A stretch of 63,244 nt of DNA, counting the filler, from Sluysia triapertura (Eukaryota), in the NCBI GenBank assembly GCA_046118255.1. It is 5 parts of 5 records of this genome, joined end to end, with 100 filler letters (N's around TTAATTAATTAA, not from the genome) between each part and the next. Parts side by side here need not be neighbours in the genome. Positions count along the whole stretch, not along the records: positions 51,079 to 63,244 come from JBJNIA010133178.1; 4 more parts are not named here. One strand, given 5' to 3'. The position numbers and the translations under genes are program-made. Positions within the stretch are counted from its first letter, which is position 1; the number at the start of each line of letters is the position of its first letter. Below, in pieces: positions 62,980-63,244 of this stretch. Below the pieces are notes generated by a model. It worked only from the letters and a program-made list of their open reading frames with translations. It had not been told where the DNA came from and did no database searches.

Positions 62980-63244
62980 AAATTATTCTTGTTGTAGTGG
63001 TCAACCTTATAACGTAAGATCAAAATAAACCTTACTGAAACAACCACACTTATTAACCATAAACACTACATAATCAACTCATAAAACAACAATATACAAT
63101 TACAACACTTCACCAATCTACATTCAACAACAAATCAATCCATATCTCAAACATTTCCAACTCAATTAATTCACAACATTCACTCATTAAACACTTCATC
63201 AAACAAGTCAGAATCACAACATAAAATTGCACAAATCATAAATA

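Noticed and set aside
108-63047. Most 60-90 aa ORFs in the supplied track
   Set aside because: Ile/Lys/Asn/Phe-rich chance ORFs expected in very AT-rich DNA, with no recognisable motifs.

Overview
Very AT-rich eukaryotic (invertebrate-like) genomic DNA, made of five contigs of about 12-13 kb joined by artificial 100-bp spacers (44 N + TTAATTAATTAA + 44 N). Adjacency across the spacers should not be trusted. The main discovery is in contig 1 (about 0.6-11.4 kb, + strand), which has no long ORF but holds an array of at least 18 AG/GT-flanked, phase-0 micro-exons of 9, 15 or 27 nt. They are mostly arranged as dyads and were amplified by nested tandem duplication, with several dead copies. Spliced in order they encode an uninterrupted Ala/Ser/Gly/Gln/Tyr/Lys-rich repeat peptide (TIS-TQPPK-AAP-AVGASQGYG-MPSAK-TIS-MQPSK-AAS-AASASQAYG-AAS-TAGVSQEYR-AAS-AAGASQGYG-PSE-VQSIK-AAS-AAGASQRHG-PSE), resembling the micro-exon gene (MEG) architecture known from schistosomes. 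A hairpin that covaries between two copies lies in the same locus. The other contigs contain an EF-hand rhomboid-like ORF with a degenerate catalytic region, an arfaptin gene with frameshifts, an intronless class A GPCR, the 3' exons of a CSRNP gene, orphan fragments of a Src-family kinase and a SNF2 helicase, and decayed mariner, hAT, Gypsy-like and piggyBac-like elements plus a pogo/Tigger-like MITE. All calls were made by eye; no searches were run.
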